NCBI GenBank assembly: GCA_040830765.1
Contig: JBFOMH010000018.1
Location: 32,001-96,000, forward strand
Source: Puniceicoccaceae bacterium
GTDB lineage: Bacteria > Verrucomicrobiota > Verrucomicrobiia > Opitutales > Oceanipulchritudinaceae
Length of the DNA: 64,000 bases
Reading direction: 5' to 3'
In this document: piece after piece, positions 27,087-37,523 of the stretch
Layout of the letters: each line of letters begins with the position of its first letter
Position numbering within the stretch: position 1 is the first letter of the stretch
Made by a program: the position numbers and the translations under genes
The notes under the pieces: model-generated
The model's database searches: none
Told to the model about the DNA's origin: nothing
Seen by the model: only the letters and a program-made list of their open reading frames with translations

Positions 27087-28982
27087 ATGAAGAACCTGCT
27101 GAAACTGGTCTGTCTGCTGAGCATCCTGAGCCCGCTTACCCTGGCGGCTCAATATTACCTCGAGGCCGATGGCGTCCTCGTCATTGAATCCGAGTCGGAG
27201 TTAATCACTCCGGCCTTTTCGCTCGAAACATCCGTTCCCGGATACAAGGGGGATGCCTATTTACGCAATTTGTTTGAACTGGAAGGTACGGGGGGATTTC
27301 GAAAGATGAGTTTCCCGATCCGCATGGCCAATGCCGGAACCTACCAACTGGCCTTGCGCAGCCGTATCGGTGCTGGTGATGACCCAACTTCCGCTAACAG
27401 CAGCTTTGTCAGGCTCCTCGATGAAAGTGGTACACCCCTCGAACCGGTTGCCAACCAGAACGTTCCCGCCAATGAATTGTGGTTTGCCGTCCACACCAAT
27501 GTCCTCGGGGCCTGGAACCACGAATCTTCGAATAACGAGGCAGACCCCCGTTCCCTCGCCTGGCAACTGGAAGAGGGGGCAAAGTATACCTTGGAGTTGT
27601 CCGTTCGAAACCGTGACCACCTTGTCGATCGCCTGATTCTTTGGAATCGTGACCAGCTTGCCCTTGCTGACGCCACCACCGGCAAGGGAACCGACGAGTC
27701 CGCACTCGATGCCCTGGAACGGTCCAGTGAAGGAACGGGATGGGTCTATGACGGGGACCTGACCAACCCGACCGACATCTATCCCCTGCTTGATCTGATC
27801 TACACCTGGCAGGCCACCCGGCTGGTTCCCCATAACAACCAGGGCATCATTGGCTGGAAGCACGCCACCTTTTATACCGGGGTCATGGAGCTCTATTATG
27901 CCAATCCCCAGCAAAAGTATATCGACCTGCTGACCGGGATCAGCGAGGACAACTCATGGACGATGCTGGAAGTCAATGGTGACCTCTGGCGTCATGCAGA
28001 CAACCACCTTAGCGGCGAGACCTTTATCAATCTCTATATCGAGGACGGGGAAACCAAGCCTGTCCGCATCGCCCACGTGACCGAAATCTTCGATCGCATG
28101 CTGGCCCAGCCCTGGGACGGGCGCCGGATTTACGATTGGTGTGACTCCCTCTTCATGTCCCCACCGGTCTGGGCCATGATGGCCTCTCTCAAGGACGATG
28201 ACAAATACCTCGATGAGCTGGCCCGCCTCTGGTGGGACTCGACAGACTTCCTCTACAACCCCGAGTGGAATTTGTACTACCGCGACAAGTCCTACTTTAA
28301 TTCCATCGAGGCCAACGGCAAGCCCACCTTCTGGGGCCGCGGCAATGGCTGGGTCGTCGGTGGACTGGTTCGTGTCCTCGAATATATGCCGCAGGATTAC
28401 GCCGGCCGGGGGGCCTTCGTTGACCTCTTCAGGGACATGGCTGCCCGTCTCGCTGACATCCAGATGGCCTCCGGTGGCTGGCCCTCCAGCCTCCTTTACC
28501 CGGAACGCTACAACTTCGACACGGAAACCAGTGGCACTTCCTTCTACGTCTATGGCCTCGCATGGGGTGTCAACAACGGCATCCTCGACCGCGCCACCTA
28601 CGGGCCAGTCATCGAAAAGGGCTGGCTGGAGATGAACAAGTACGTCACCGAGGAAGGCGGCATCCAGAATATCCAGACTGTTGGCAAAGAGCCCGGCCCG
28701 GTAAGTGACGCCCTTGACGGACGCGAATACGGCTATGGAGCCTTTATTCTCGCCGGACTCGAGATGGCGGAGTACTACAGCGCTTCCAGCGGTGATGACT
28801 GGCTCGGTTATCCCGTGACGGAAGGCAACGGTCAGCGCTGGGCTGATACCACCGGCTTCATGGGTTGGCTGGAGATCTCCGCCGCCCCCTATGTCTACTC
28901 CCAGTCGCTTGACGGATGGGTCTATATCGTCGAAACCACTGACCTTCAGCAGGGCTCATGGGCCTACTTCTTCAATAACTGA
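27087..28982 (+). CDS. Secreted GH105 (GH88/105 clan) unsaturated glycuronyl hydrolase with an N-terminal beta-sandwich-like domain and an aromatic C-terminal module
   Basis: Signal peptide; HADNH, WCDSLFMSPP, FWGRGNGW, ETSGT, YGYGAFILAG motifs. Confidence 0.88.
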   Translation: MKNLLKLVCLLSILSPLTLAAQYYLEADGVLVIESESELITPAFSLETSVPGYKGDAYLRNLFELEGTGGFRKMSFPIRMANAGTYQLALRSRIGAGDDPTSANSSFVRLLDESGTPLEPVANQNVPANELWFAVHTNVLGAWNHESSNNEADPRSLAWQLEEGAKYTLELSVRNRDHLVDRLILWNRDQLALADATTGKGTDESALDALERSSEGTGWVYDGDLTNPTDIYPLLDLIYTWQATRLVPHNNQGIIGWKHATFYTGVMELYYANPQQKYIDLLTGISEDNSWTMLEVNGDLWRHADNHLSGETFINLYIEDGETKPVRIAHVTEIFDRMLAQPWDGRRIYDWCDSLFMSPPVWAMMASLKDDDKYLDELARLWWDSTDFLYNPEWNLYYRDKSYFNSIEANGKPTFWGRGNGWVVGGLVRVLEYMPQDYAGRGAFVDLFRDMAARLADIQMASGGWPSSLLYPERYNFDTETSGTSFYVYGLAWGVNNGILDRATYGPVIEKGWLEMNKYVTEEGGIQNIQTVGKEPGPVSDALDGREYGYGAFILAGLEMAEYYSASSGDDWLGYPVTEGNGQRWADTTGFMGWLEISAAPYVYSQSLDGWVYIVETTDLQQGSWAYFFNN

Positions 28983-29004
28983 GGATTAGCTTCGATTCAA
29001 AGGC

Positions 29005-30654
29005 TTACTCAAATCCCACATACTTCAACGGGTGCCAGTCAAGAAGGTTGCTGTGCCAGCCGGTGACCGAGGGATCCTTGAGGTAGACGGTGACGTAGTG
29101 GTAAAGCGGAATGACGGTTTGTTCAGCGATCAGGTAACGCTCGGCAAGGGCATAACGGCGCATGCGCTGGACCGGATCGGCCGTCATGCGGGCTGACTCA
29201 ATCAGGGTATCGTAGCGGACACTGGAAAAGCCGGCCCAGTTATTGGGATCCGTGCTGGTCCACAAGTTGAGGAAGGTTGACGGCTCGAGGTAATCGCCGA
29301 TCCAGACTGCCCGGGCCAGTTGGAAGTCCCCGCTGGCCCGCCGCTGCAGGTAGGTCCGCCACTCCTGGTTGACGAGGACCACGTCTATATTCAATTCGGT
29401 CTTCCACATCCCCTGTAGAGCCTCAGCGATTTGGCGGTGGCTCTCGGAGCTGTTGAAGAGATACTCCAGTTTTGGGAATCCTTTTCCACCGGGAAACCCA
29501 GCGTCGGCCAGGAGGTGACGAGCGGCGACTGGATCATGCTCCACCGGAATGTTGGCATTGTAGCCCGGCATGTTGTCGGGAACAAACCCCCCGGCGGCCC
29601 GTTGCCCGGCACCAAGCAATCGCCCGGCAATCGCCTCCCGGTTAACCGACAATGCCAGCGCACGGCGTATCTTCGGATCGGCCAGGACGCCATCGCGGAC
29701 ATTCGCCAATATGTAGTAGGTTCCCAAATACGGGTCGATGCGTATGTCCATGGAGATGCTGTCCACGTAGGCGTCCACCCGCGCCGGCGGCAATGAGTCG
29801 GTAATATGCAACTGACCGGCAAGGTAGGCGCGTTCTTCCGCCGCCGGCTCATCGATGGCCATAAAGCGGACTCCCTCCAGCTCAACAGTAGCGACATCCC
29901 AATACAAATCATTGCGCCGGACTTCCACATACTGGTTTGGCAACCACTCTGTTAACACAAACGGCCCATTGCCGACAAATGACTCAACCTGTGTCCAGGG
30001 TCCGGCACGGTTGGCCGGATTGTTTCCCGTCAACTTGTGTGACGGAACCGGATACCAGACCGGGTGCAGGAGAACGGAGAGAAAATATCCCACCGGGTTT
30101 TCCAGCCTTAACTCGAGAGTGTGTTCGCCAAGGGCTTTTACTCCCACCGTTGAAAAGTCATCGCTTTGGCCACGGTTGTAGGCCTCCGCCCCCTCAAGCA
30201 GGAACAACATGGAGGCATAGGGAGCCCCCAGCGAAGGTTGCAAAACACGCTTCCAAGCCTGAAGGAAGTCGTCCGCTGTCACAGGCTGGCCGTCGGACCA
30301 AAGCGCATCCTCCCGCAACCGGAAGGTATATATGGTTCCGTCTTCCGAGACATTCCATGAGAGGGCCACCGCAGGAATGGGTTCGAGAGTTTCCGGGTGT
30401 GGTGAAACAAGGCCTTCATAGAGAGCCATCTCGATGTTCAGTTCCGCCGTTCCCGTTGTCACGTGCGGATCCAGTGCCTGTGGCTCCGGGCCATTGCCGA
30501 GGAGCAGGATTCCATCACGCTTGGCCAGGGCAGCCGGTCGGTTCCGGGTGCAGGCAACTAGAAAAAGCGCCAACCCGAGCACGACAAGGGCTATTGATTT
30601 AAGCCACCTTCCAGCCATGGCCGAATTATCTAGCGATATCGTTGCTGAATGCAA
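29005..30654 (-). CDS. Oligopeptide ABC transporter substrate-binding lipoprotein (OppA family)
   Basis: Lipobox LVAC; EPQALDP, YTFRLREDALWSDG, VGNGPF, WIGDY. The true start may be the ATG about 12 codons downstream. Confidence 0.9.
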   Translation of the reverse strand: MHSATISLDNSAMAGRWLKSIALVVLGLALFLVACTRNRPAALAKRDGILLLGNGPEPQALDPHVTTGTAELNIEMALYEGLVSPHPETLEPIPAVALSWNVSEDGTIYTFRLREDALWSDGQPVTADDFLQAWKRVLQPSLGAPYASMLFLLEGAEAYNRGQSDDFSTVGVKALGEHTLELRLENPVGYFLSVLLHPVWYPVPSHKLTGNNPANRAGPWTQVESFVGNGPFVLTEWLPNQYVEVRRNDLYWDVATVELEGVRFMAIDEPAAEERAYLAGQLHITDSLPPARVDAYVDSISMDIRIDPYLGTYYILANVRDGVLADPKIRRALALSVNREAIAGRLLGAGQRAAGGFVPDNMPGYNANIPVEHDPVAARHLLADAGFPGGKGFPKLEYLFNSSESHRQIAEALQGMWKTELNIDVVLVNQEWRTYLQRRASGDFQLARAVWIGDYLEPSTFLNLWTSTDPNNWAGFSSVRYDTLIESARMTADPVQRMRRYALAERYLIAEQTVIPLYHYVTVYLKDPSVTGWHSNLLDWHPLKYVGFE

Positions 30655-30691
30655 CCTTCCGAAAAAGGCTCTTCAAGCAGGGCTTGAGCAC

Positions 30692-32146
30692 TCACTCTCC
30701 CTGGGCCAGGGAGTAGGCCCTCTCACCGTCAAAGGTGTAGAGGTGTTCCGTCTTGATAAAGTCAAATCCGGCATTGGCCACTCGCAGCATCAGACTGGAT
30801 ATCTGGCTATGCGTGCAAGTACCCTCCTCGCTGGTAGCGATAAAGCGGCACCGCCAGTGATCGGTACAGAAAGTATCCTCGATTCCCTCGGGGTAAACCT
30901 TTACCCCGCGGTTGGTGATCAGCTTGAGTCGCAATCCGTCGCCATCCAGTTCCACCAGGCCATCACCAATGACATCCGGATCCCGCTCCGCCTCATCCCA
31001 GTCGATAAAGACATCCACCCCGACCAGTTTCTTTTCCTTGGCCGGATGTTCAGGCAATTCGATATGAATACCCTGGTTAGTGAAGTGGGCCGGTTCAAAG
31101 GAGCTCGGTTCCTGGCCCAGTCGGTCAATAACTGCATCCGCAAAGGCCTGTGTTCCTACCTTCTGCTTGGAAATGCTATCCTTGTAAATGTCGACCGTGT
31201 GAATGCCATCCTCGAGGGTCTTCAGCCAGGCATTACGGATTTTCGTGGCGATGTCCCCTTGGTCGAGATGCACCAGCATCATCGTGGCGGCATTGAGAAG
31301 ACCGGACGGATTGGCAATGTCCTTGCCGGCGATATCCGGTGCGGACCCATGCACCGCTTCAAACATTGCTGCGTCAAACCCGATGTTGGCGGAGCCGGCA
31401 AGCCCGACGGAGCCAGCGACCAAGGCGGCGATGTCGCTGACAATGTCCCCGTAGAGATTCAAGGTGACAATAACGTCCAAATCCTCCGGGTGGGCCGCCA
31501 CCAGGGCCGCCCCGATATCAATAATCCGGTGCTCGGTCTGGATGTCCGAATACTGAGGCTCGCCCGCCACTTCCTCGAAGACCTTCTGGAAGAGCCCATC
31601 GGTGTGCTTCATGATGTTGGACTTGGTCAGGCAGGTGACCTTCTTCCGGCCATAGGCCCGGGCATATTCCATTGCGTAGCGGCAAATGGCCTCACAGCCC
31701 GGGCGGCTGACCAGCTTCAATGACTGGACTACTTCATCCGTCTGCTGGTGCTCAATCCCGGCATAGAGGTCTTCCTCGTTTTCCCGGATGATGACCATGT
31801 CGATATTCGGAAAATTGGTGCTGACGTACGGCGAGTAAGCGACACAGGGCCGGACGTTGGAAAACAGCCGCAGGCTTTTCCGGATGGTCACATTGAGGCT
31901 CTTGTACCCGCCGCCGAGGGGCGTGGTAATGGGTGCCTTGAGAAAAACCGGATTCTTCAGCAGGGTCTTCCAGTCCTCCGGACTGATGCCGGAGGTATGC
32001 CCGCCGAGGTATTGCTTCTCGCCAATCTCGATTTCCTCATAGTTCAGCCGGGCGCCGGCCGCCTCCAGGATCCGCAGGGTGGCGTCCATGATTTCCGGGC
32101 CGATGCCATCGCCCCGGGCTACTGTGATGGTGCTCAAATCGCTCAT
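30692..32146 (-). CDS. icd: Isocitrate dehydrogenase (long form with C-terminal extension)
   Basis: GDGIGPEI, KAPITTP..YKSLNVTIRK, RENEEDLY, NLYGDIVSD, FEAVHGSAPDIAG, C-terminal TDHWRCRF..YSLAQGE; start ATG 32146. Confidence 0.94.
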   Translation of the reverse strand: MSDLSTITVARGDGIGPEIMDATLRILEAAGARLNYEEIEIGEKQYLGGHTSGISPEDWKTLLKNPVFLKAPITTPLGGGYKSLNVTIRKSLRLFSNVRPCVAYSPYVSTNFPNIDMVIIRENEEDLYAGIEHQQTDEVVQSLKLVSRPGCEAICRYAMEYARAYGRKKVTCLTKSNIMKHTDGLFQKVFEEVAGEPQYSDIQTEHRIIDIGAALVAAHPEDLDVIVTLNLYGDIVSDIAALVAGSVGLAGSANIGFDAAMFEAVHGSAPDIAGKDIANPSGLLNAATMMLVHLDQGDIATKIRNAWLKTLEDGIHTVDIYKDSISKQKVGTQAFADAVIDRLGQEPSSFEPAHFTNQGIHIELPEHPAKEKKLVGVDVFIDWDEAERDPDVIGDGLVELDGDGLRLKLITNRGVKVYPEGIEDTFCTDHWRCRFIATSEEGTCTHSQISSLMLRVANAGFDFIKTEHLYTFDGERAYSLAQGE

Positions 32147-32272
32147 AATCGTATAAATTACCGGCACGGAAGCAGGCTCCGGACCATTTGGCAACCATTA
32201 GGCAGGAAATTTCGAAGCGGATTCCAGAAATATCCTTGCGGGCACAGACCCTTGGGCTTTCCTCGATAGGGA

Positions 32273-33328
32273 ATGTCAGACTTACCGGAAATAACGAACA
32301 AACTGAGTGCGGGAACAAACCTTTCAGCCGGGGAATGCGTGACCGCTGCAGAGGCCCTGCCCCTGCCGGATGTCGATCCCCAGGAAAAAAAGGCCTTTCT
32401 GAAGGCGCTCCACCAGAAAGGAGAAACCGTTGAGGAAGTGACGGCCTTCGCCCGTGTGTTCCGGGGCCTCGCCAGCGATCCGCAATTGTCCGACATTGCC
32501 GCGGAAGCCATTGATATCGTCGGGACGGGTGGCAGCGGCTCCAAGGGATTCAACATCTCATCCGTCACCGCCTTTATCGTCGCGGCATCCGGCACCAAGG
32601 TCCTCAAGCACGGCAACCGGGCCATTACCTCACAGAGCGGCTCCGCGGATTTCCTCTCCGAGCAGGGCATCCGCATGGATACCGACCCCGCCCTCCTGCG
32701 GGCTGCCATCGAGGAACTGAACTTCTGTTTCTTTTTTGCCCCCGCCTTTCACCCCGCCTTCAAGGAAATCATGCCCGTCCGCAAGGCCTTGGCGGAGGAA
32801 GGACAGCGGACTGTTTTCAACATCCTCGGGCCTCTCATCAATCCGGCTAAACCCGCCCATCAATTGCTGGGTGTCTTTTCTACCCAATGGGTCAGCCCTC
32901 TGGCCGGGGCCCTGGATCAGCTTGGTTTGACTCGCGGCCTGGCCGTTTGCTCCGAGCTGCCCGGTGGTGGATTCATGGACGAATTGACCACCGCAGGAAA
33001 CAATCATGTTCGCGGCTTTGGCAGCCTCAGTGAGATTGATGCTGTCTGGACTCCCGATGGTTTGGGATTCCCGCCCGCTTCAGCGGACGACCTCAGGGGT
33101 GGGACCGCCGCGGAAAATGTCGCCCTCCTGAATGACATTCTTTCCGGGAACGGCCCCACCAGCCTGGTCGACACCCTCGCGCTCAATGCGGCGGCTGCCT
33201 TCATGGTTGTTGATCGGGTCGACAGCCTGGATGAAGGTTGCGCCCTGGCCCGGGAAATTTTGCTGGGTGGCGCCCTCCGGTCATGGCTGGAAAAGGCCCG
33301 CGCCTTCTATGCCGCCACAGGTGAGTAA
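32273..33328 (+). CDS. trpD: Anthranilate phosphoribosyltransferase
   Basis: DIVGTGG, FNISS, KHGNRA..SGSAD, FAPAFHPA, RTVFNILGPLINP, MDE. Confidence 0.96.
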   Translation: MSDLPEITNKLSAGTNLSAGECVTAAEALPLPDVDPQEKKAFLKALHQKGETVEEVTAFARVFRGLASDPQLSDIAAEAIDIVGTGGSGSKGFNISSVTAFIVAASGTKVLKHGNRAITSQSGSADFLSEQGIRMDTDPALLRAAIEELNFCFFFAPAFHPAFKEIMPVRKALAEEGQRTVFNILGPLINPAKPAHQLLGVFSTQWVSPLAGALDQLGLTRGLAVCSELPGGGFMDELTTAGNNHVRGFGSLSEIDAVWTPDGLGFPPASADDLRGGTAAENVALLNDILSGNGPTSLVDTLALNAAAAFMVVDRVDSLDEGCALAREILLGGALRSWLEKARAFYAATGE

Positions 33329-33331
33329 CTA

Positions 33332-34684
33332 ATGAAGTACTTTGGCACAGACGGGATCCGCGACCGTGTCAAGGGACCCCTCCTTGAACCAGGATTTGTC
33401 TACCGGCTGGGACGGGCCATCGGGCAATGGCTCAACCAGAAACCAGCCAGTGCCTCGCGCCATGTAGCCATCGGCCGGGATACCCGGGCCTCCGGAGCCA
33501 ACCTCTTCTTGTCCCTTTCCCGCGGACTCGACAAGGAGGGTGTGCGGATTTTCGATGCCGGTGTCTGCCCCACCCCGGCCACAGCAGTTGCCCTCCGCAT
33601 CCTTGGACTGGACCTTGGCATTGTCCTGACAGCTTCCCACAATCCGGCTTCCGACAACGGGATCAAGCTGTTCGGCCCCGGGGGTTGCAAGCTGCGAACG
33701 GAAGATGAGGAGGCCATCGAGACACTCGTTGATGCCATTGCCCGGGAGGAGACAGAAGATCCCTCCCATACGCCAGCTGTTCGTTACTTTGAGGCACGCC
33801 GCCACTACCTCGAAACCTATAAAAGCCTTCTCCCCGACAATGGCCTAATGGGGATGCGGATTGTCCTCGATTGTGCCAATGGCGCAACTTACAGGACTTC
33901 CGGCGAGATGCTCACTCGGGCCGGGGCACAGGTTATACCCATCGGTTGCGATCCCGATGGGGACAACATTAATGACGGGCTCGGCAGCGAACACCCGGAA
34001 GCGATGTGCCAGGCTGTCCGTGAACAAGGAGCGAATCTGGGCATTGCCCACGATGGGGACGGTGACAGGGTTATTCTTTGCGACCATCAGGGACAGGTTG
34101 TCGACGGAGATGCCGTTATGGCCATCCTCGGTAATGGATGGGCCCGACGGGGAGAGTTGGAGGGCAAAACAGTCGTTGCCACTATCATGAGCAATCTCGG
34201 TCTGGAGAAGTGCCTCCGCCCGGCCGGGGTCAACGTCATGCGCACGGGTGTCGGGGACCGTCAGGTCTTCTATGCCATGCGCAAGCACGGCTTTGTCCTC
34301 GGGGGTGAATCCAGTGGCCACTTTATCGCCATGAACTACCTGCCCACCGGTGACGGCCTCCTTGCGGCCCTTCTGGTCCTCCGGGAAATGCTGCAGACGG
34401 ACGGTACCCTGGCCGAGCTGGCCGCGCTATTCCAACCGTTTCCGCAGTTGAAGCAGAATCTCATCGTTAGCAGCAAGCCGGATCTGGAAAGTCTTCCGGA
34501 ATTACAAGCCGACTTGAAACAACTCCAACAAAGTCTTGGTCAACAAGGGCGCATCCTTCTGCGCTATTCAGGGACCGAACCAAAAGTCCGCCTCCTGGCT
34601 GAAGCTGAGGATGAAATCCTTGCCCAAAAGACCTTTGACGACCTTGCCGGAATCGTCGCCCGGCACCTTCCGGTCAACCACTAG
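33332..34684 (+). CDS. glmM: Phosphoglucosamine mutase
   Basis: YFGTDGIR, TASHNP, HDGDGDR, VGDR, GGESSGH, RYSGTEP. Confidence 0.93.
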   Translation: MKYFGTDGIRDRVKGPLLEPGFVYRLGRAIGQWLNQKPASASRHVAIGRDTRASGANLFLSLSRGLDKEGVRIFDAGVCPTPATAVALRILGLDLGIVLTASHNPASDNGIKLFGPGGCKLRTEDEEAIETLVDAIAREETEDPSHTPAVRYFEARRHYLETYKSLLPDNGLMGMRIVLDCANGATYRTSGEMLTRAGAQVIPIGCDPDGDNINDGLGSEHPEAMCQAVREQGANLGIAHDGDGDRVILCDHQGQVVDGDAVMAILGNGWARRGELEGKTVVATIMSNLGLEKCLRPAGVNVMRTGVGDRQVFYAMRKHGFVLGGESSGHFIAMNYLPTGDGLLAALLVLREMLQTDGTLAELAALFQPFPQLKQNLIVSSKPDLESLPELQADLKQLQQSLGQQGRILLRYSGTEPKVRLLAEAEDEILAQKTFDDLAGIVARHLPVNH

Positions 34685-34734
34685 CCGGTAAAAGCGCATT
34701 GCCATCCGGGCCGGCATGGCCAAGAAACAGTGGC

Positions 34735-35505
34735 ATGAAAGACGACCAAGGGATCATAAACTTTCTCAAGTTGCTGGCGTTCGAAAGCGCGAAAGTCATC
34801 AATCCCCTGTTCGCCAATCCGGATCTCAAGATCGAGTTCAAGGAAGACGACACCCCGGTAACCTATGCCGACCGCAAGGCTGAAGAAGTCATGCGGGAGA
34901 TGATCGCCCGGGAATTCCCAAATCACGGGATCATTGGGGAAGAGTTTGGGGAGGAGAACCCGGACGCGGAATTTACCTGGGTCCTGGATCCGATCGACGG
35001 GACAAAGTCCTTTGCCGCAGGCTGTCCCCATTTCGGTACCCTCATTTGCCTCCGCCAAAATGGCGTGCCCCAATGGGGGGCCATTCATATTTCCTCAATC
35101 GGCAGCCTCTATATCGGCAACAACGAACAGTGCCTCTGTAATGACCGGCCAGTTACCCTGCGGAAGCCGCCTTCACTCGAAAAATGCTTTCTCCTGACCA
35201 CGGACCCCAAGAGCCCGCCGGTCTATCACAACGGGAAAGGCTGGCAGGCACTTCTCGACGCCACCGGGCAATACCGCAGCTGGGGTGATTGTTTTGGTTA
35301 CACCCTGCTGGTCTCCGGCGGGGCCGATATCATGACCGACCCGATCCTCAACCTCTGGGACATCGCCGCCCTGCTCCCAGTGCTCAAGGGAGCCGGTGCT
35401 GCTGCCACTGACTGGCAGGGCAATCCACCGGACGGCGATAAAGGCCTTGTCGCTTCCCACCCGGATATCCACGACCAGGTGATCGCGCTGCTTGCCGGGG
35501 GTTAA
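34735..35505 (+). CDS. Inositol monophosphatase-family protein (HisN-like histidinol-phosphate phosphatase)
   Basis: PVTYADR, GEEFG, WVLDPIDGTKSF, RSWGDCFGY, WDIAAL. Confidence 0.88.
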   Translation: MKDDQGIINFLKLLAFESAKVINPLFANPDLKIEFKEDDTPVTYADRKAEEVMREMIAREFPNHGIIGEEFGEENPDAEFTWVLDPIDGTKSFAAGCPHFGTLICLRQNGVPQWGAIHISSIGSLYIGNNEQCLCNDRPVTLRKPPSLEKCFLLTTDPKSPPVYHNGKGWQALLDATGQYRSWGDCFGYTLLVSGGADIMTDPILNLWDIAALLPVLKGAGAAATDWQGNPPDGDKGLVASHPDIHDQVIALLAGG

Positions 35506-35506
35506 G

Positions 35507-35589
35507 TCGCGCCGTTAAGGCGCTCACTACGTAGCGAGCGGGTTTACCCCGCGACAGAATTTCCCTAAGCGAGCGGGTTTACCCCGCGA
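35507..35589. repeat. GTAG-type REP cluster (doublet plus a third degenerate copy)
   Basis: Minus GTAG-TGA-GCGCC-TTAAC-GGCGC-GA (35507-35530); plus GTAG-CGA-GCGGG-TTTAC-CCCGC-GA (35531-35554); plus TAAG-CGA-GCGGG-TTTAC-CCCGC-GA (35566-35589). Confidence 0.8.
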
Positions 35590-35594
35590 CATCC

Positions 35595-36368
35595 CTACAA
35601 CCGCGGAATTGTCAATCCGCCATCAACCATGACCACCTGGCCGGTGGAGTACGGAAAGTCACCGCGGGCCAACGAGCCGACCGCCTTGCCAACATCCTCC
35701 GGGAATCCCCAGCGGCGCGTCACGCACAAGCCATCGGAAATCAACTTGTCGTACTTGTCCGTGACCCCGGACGTCATGTCCGTCTTGGTCACCCCCGGAC
35801 GCACCTCATAGACCGGCAGATCATACTCACCGAGGCGGGCGGCAAACAACTGGGTCGACATGCTCAATCCCGCCTTGGCGATACAATACTCACCCCGGTT
35901 GACCGAGACGACAGTGGCTGAAATGGAAGAGACGTTGATGATGCCTCCCTGGAATCCGGCATCGGCCTTCTTCTGGGCCACCATCCAGATGGCTGCCAAC
36001 TGGCTCAGGAAGAAACCGCCCTTGAGGTTGGTCCCGACGACAAAGTCAAAACTCTCCTCAGTTGTTTCAAGGATATCGAGACGCTCCCGTGGAGCCACGC
36101 CGGCGTTGTTGATAAGCCAGTTCAGGGAGCCAAAATGTTCCCGTACCGCCTCGATCATTCCCTCCCGGGCTTCAGAGCTGCCGATGTCACCCGGAACATA
36201 GAGGACATCCGCTCCAAGGCCGCGCAATTCATCAAGAACATCCTTCACCTGCTCCTCAGGACGCATCCCGTTGAGGGCAAGATTGAATCCCTGTTCAGCG
36301 AGCTGGCGGGCGATCCCGAGACCAATGCCCCGGGTACCGCCAGTGACGATGGCAACTTGTTTACTCAT
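35595..36368 (-). CDS. Short-chain dehydrogenase/reductase
   Basis: TGGTRGIG, NNAG, catalytic S and YCIAK, VDGG. Confidence 0.93.
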   Translation of the reverse strand: MSKQVAIVTGGTRGIGLGIARQLAEQGFNLALNGMRPEEQVKDVLDELRGLGADVLYVPGDIGSSEAREGMIEAVREHFGSLNWLINNAGVAPRERLDILETTEESFDFVVGTNLKGGFFLSQLAAIWMVAQKKADAGFQGGIINVSSISATVVSVNRGEYCIAKAGLSMSTQLFAARLGEYDLPVYEVRPGVTKTDMTSGVTDKYDKLISDGLCVTRRWGFPEDVGKAVGSLARGDFPYSTGQVVMVDGGLTIPRL

Positions 36369-36369
36369 A

Positions 36370-37521
36370 TCAGGCCTTCAGTTCAGGGAGCTCGATCCAC
36401 TTCCGTTCTTCGGAGCTTTGCAGGCCAAGTTCCGCCAGTTGGACACCCTTGGCGCCTTCCAGGAGGTCCCAGCGGAATGGCTCATCAAGAACGACGTGGC
36501 GCAGGAACAGTTCCCACTGGATCTTGAAGGCGTTTTCATAAGTCTCCTGTTCGGGAACCTTCTGCCAGCCATCCATGAAGTCAATCGGTTGCTTGATGTC
36601 GGGATTCCAAATCGGCCGGGGCGTGTTGCCGTAGTGCTGTGTCCAGACATCACGGAGGCCAACGACGGCCGAACCCTTGGTGCCGTCCACCTGCATCGTC
36701 AGCAAGTCATCGCGGCGCACACGTACATTCCAGGATGAATTGAAGTGGCAAATGACGCCATTCTCCAGTTCGAAGGTTGAGTAGGCAGAGTCGTCGGCGG
36801 TACACTTGTACGGCTTGCCTTCCTCGTCAATCCGCTCCGGGATGTGGGTCGCGGCCAGACAGGAAACGCTCTTCACATTGCCGAAGAGGTTGTCTATGAC
36901 GTAGCGCCAGTGGCACAGCATATCAACGATCATGCCCCCGCCATCTTCCTTGCGGTAGTTCCACGACGGGCGCTGCGGAGGGATGGTATGGCCTTCAAAT
37001 ACCCAATAGCCAAACTCCCCGCGCACGGAGAGGATTTCGCCGAAGAAACCGTTTTCAACGAGGCGCTTGAACTTGACCATGCCGGGCAACCAAAGCTTGT
37101 CCTGAACTACCCCGTTCTTAACCCCGGCATCGCGGCAGATCTTGTAGAGCTCGTAGGCATCCTCGGTCTTGATCGCCGTCGGCTTCTCGCAATAGACATG
37201 TTTGCCGGCGGCAGCAGCGGCCTTGACCGCATCGAAGCGGCGCAGCGTCGTCTGGGCGTCAAAGTAAACCGGGTAAGCGGGGTCATTCATCACGCTGTCG
37301 AGATCGGTAGTATATTTCTCGACACTGGACTGTTCAATGAGGGCCTTGAGCTTGGTTTCATTTCGGCCGACGAGAATCGGATCCGGCATGATGCACTCCG
37401 TGGGGCTGATCTTGACCCCGCCCTGCTTGATGATCGCGTCGATGGAGCGCAGCAGGTGCTGGTTCGTGCCCATACGGCCCGTGACCCCGTTCATGATGAT
37501 GCCAATAGTGTGTGTCTTCAT
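36370..37521 (-). CDS. Gfo/Idh/MocA-family NAD(P)-dependent oxidoreductase
   Basis: [28 protein letters not shown]. Confidence 0.92.
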   Translation of the reverse strand: MKTHTIGIIMNGVTGRMGTNQHLLRSIDAIIKQGGVKISPTECIMPDPILVGRNETKLKALIEQSSVEKYTTDLDSVMNDPAYPVYFDAQTTLRRFDAVKAAAAAGKHVYCEKPTAIKTEDAYELYKICRDAGVKNGVVQDKLWLPGMVKFKRLVENGFFGEILSVRGEFGYWVFEGHTIPPQRPSWNYRKEDGGGMIVDMLCHWRYVIDNLFGNVKSVSCLAATHIPERIDEEGKPYKCTADDSAYSTFELENGVICHFNSSWNVRVRRDDLLTMQVDGTKGSAVVGLRDVWTQHYGNTPRPIWNPDIKQPIDFMDGWQKVPEQETYENAFKIQWELFLRHVVLDEPFRWDLLEGAKGVQLAELGLQSSEERKWIELPELKA

Positions 37522-37523
37522 AA

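Noticed and set aside
30434..31723. 429-aa plus-strand ORF
   Set aside because: Antisense to icd and the OppA gene; no motifs.
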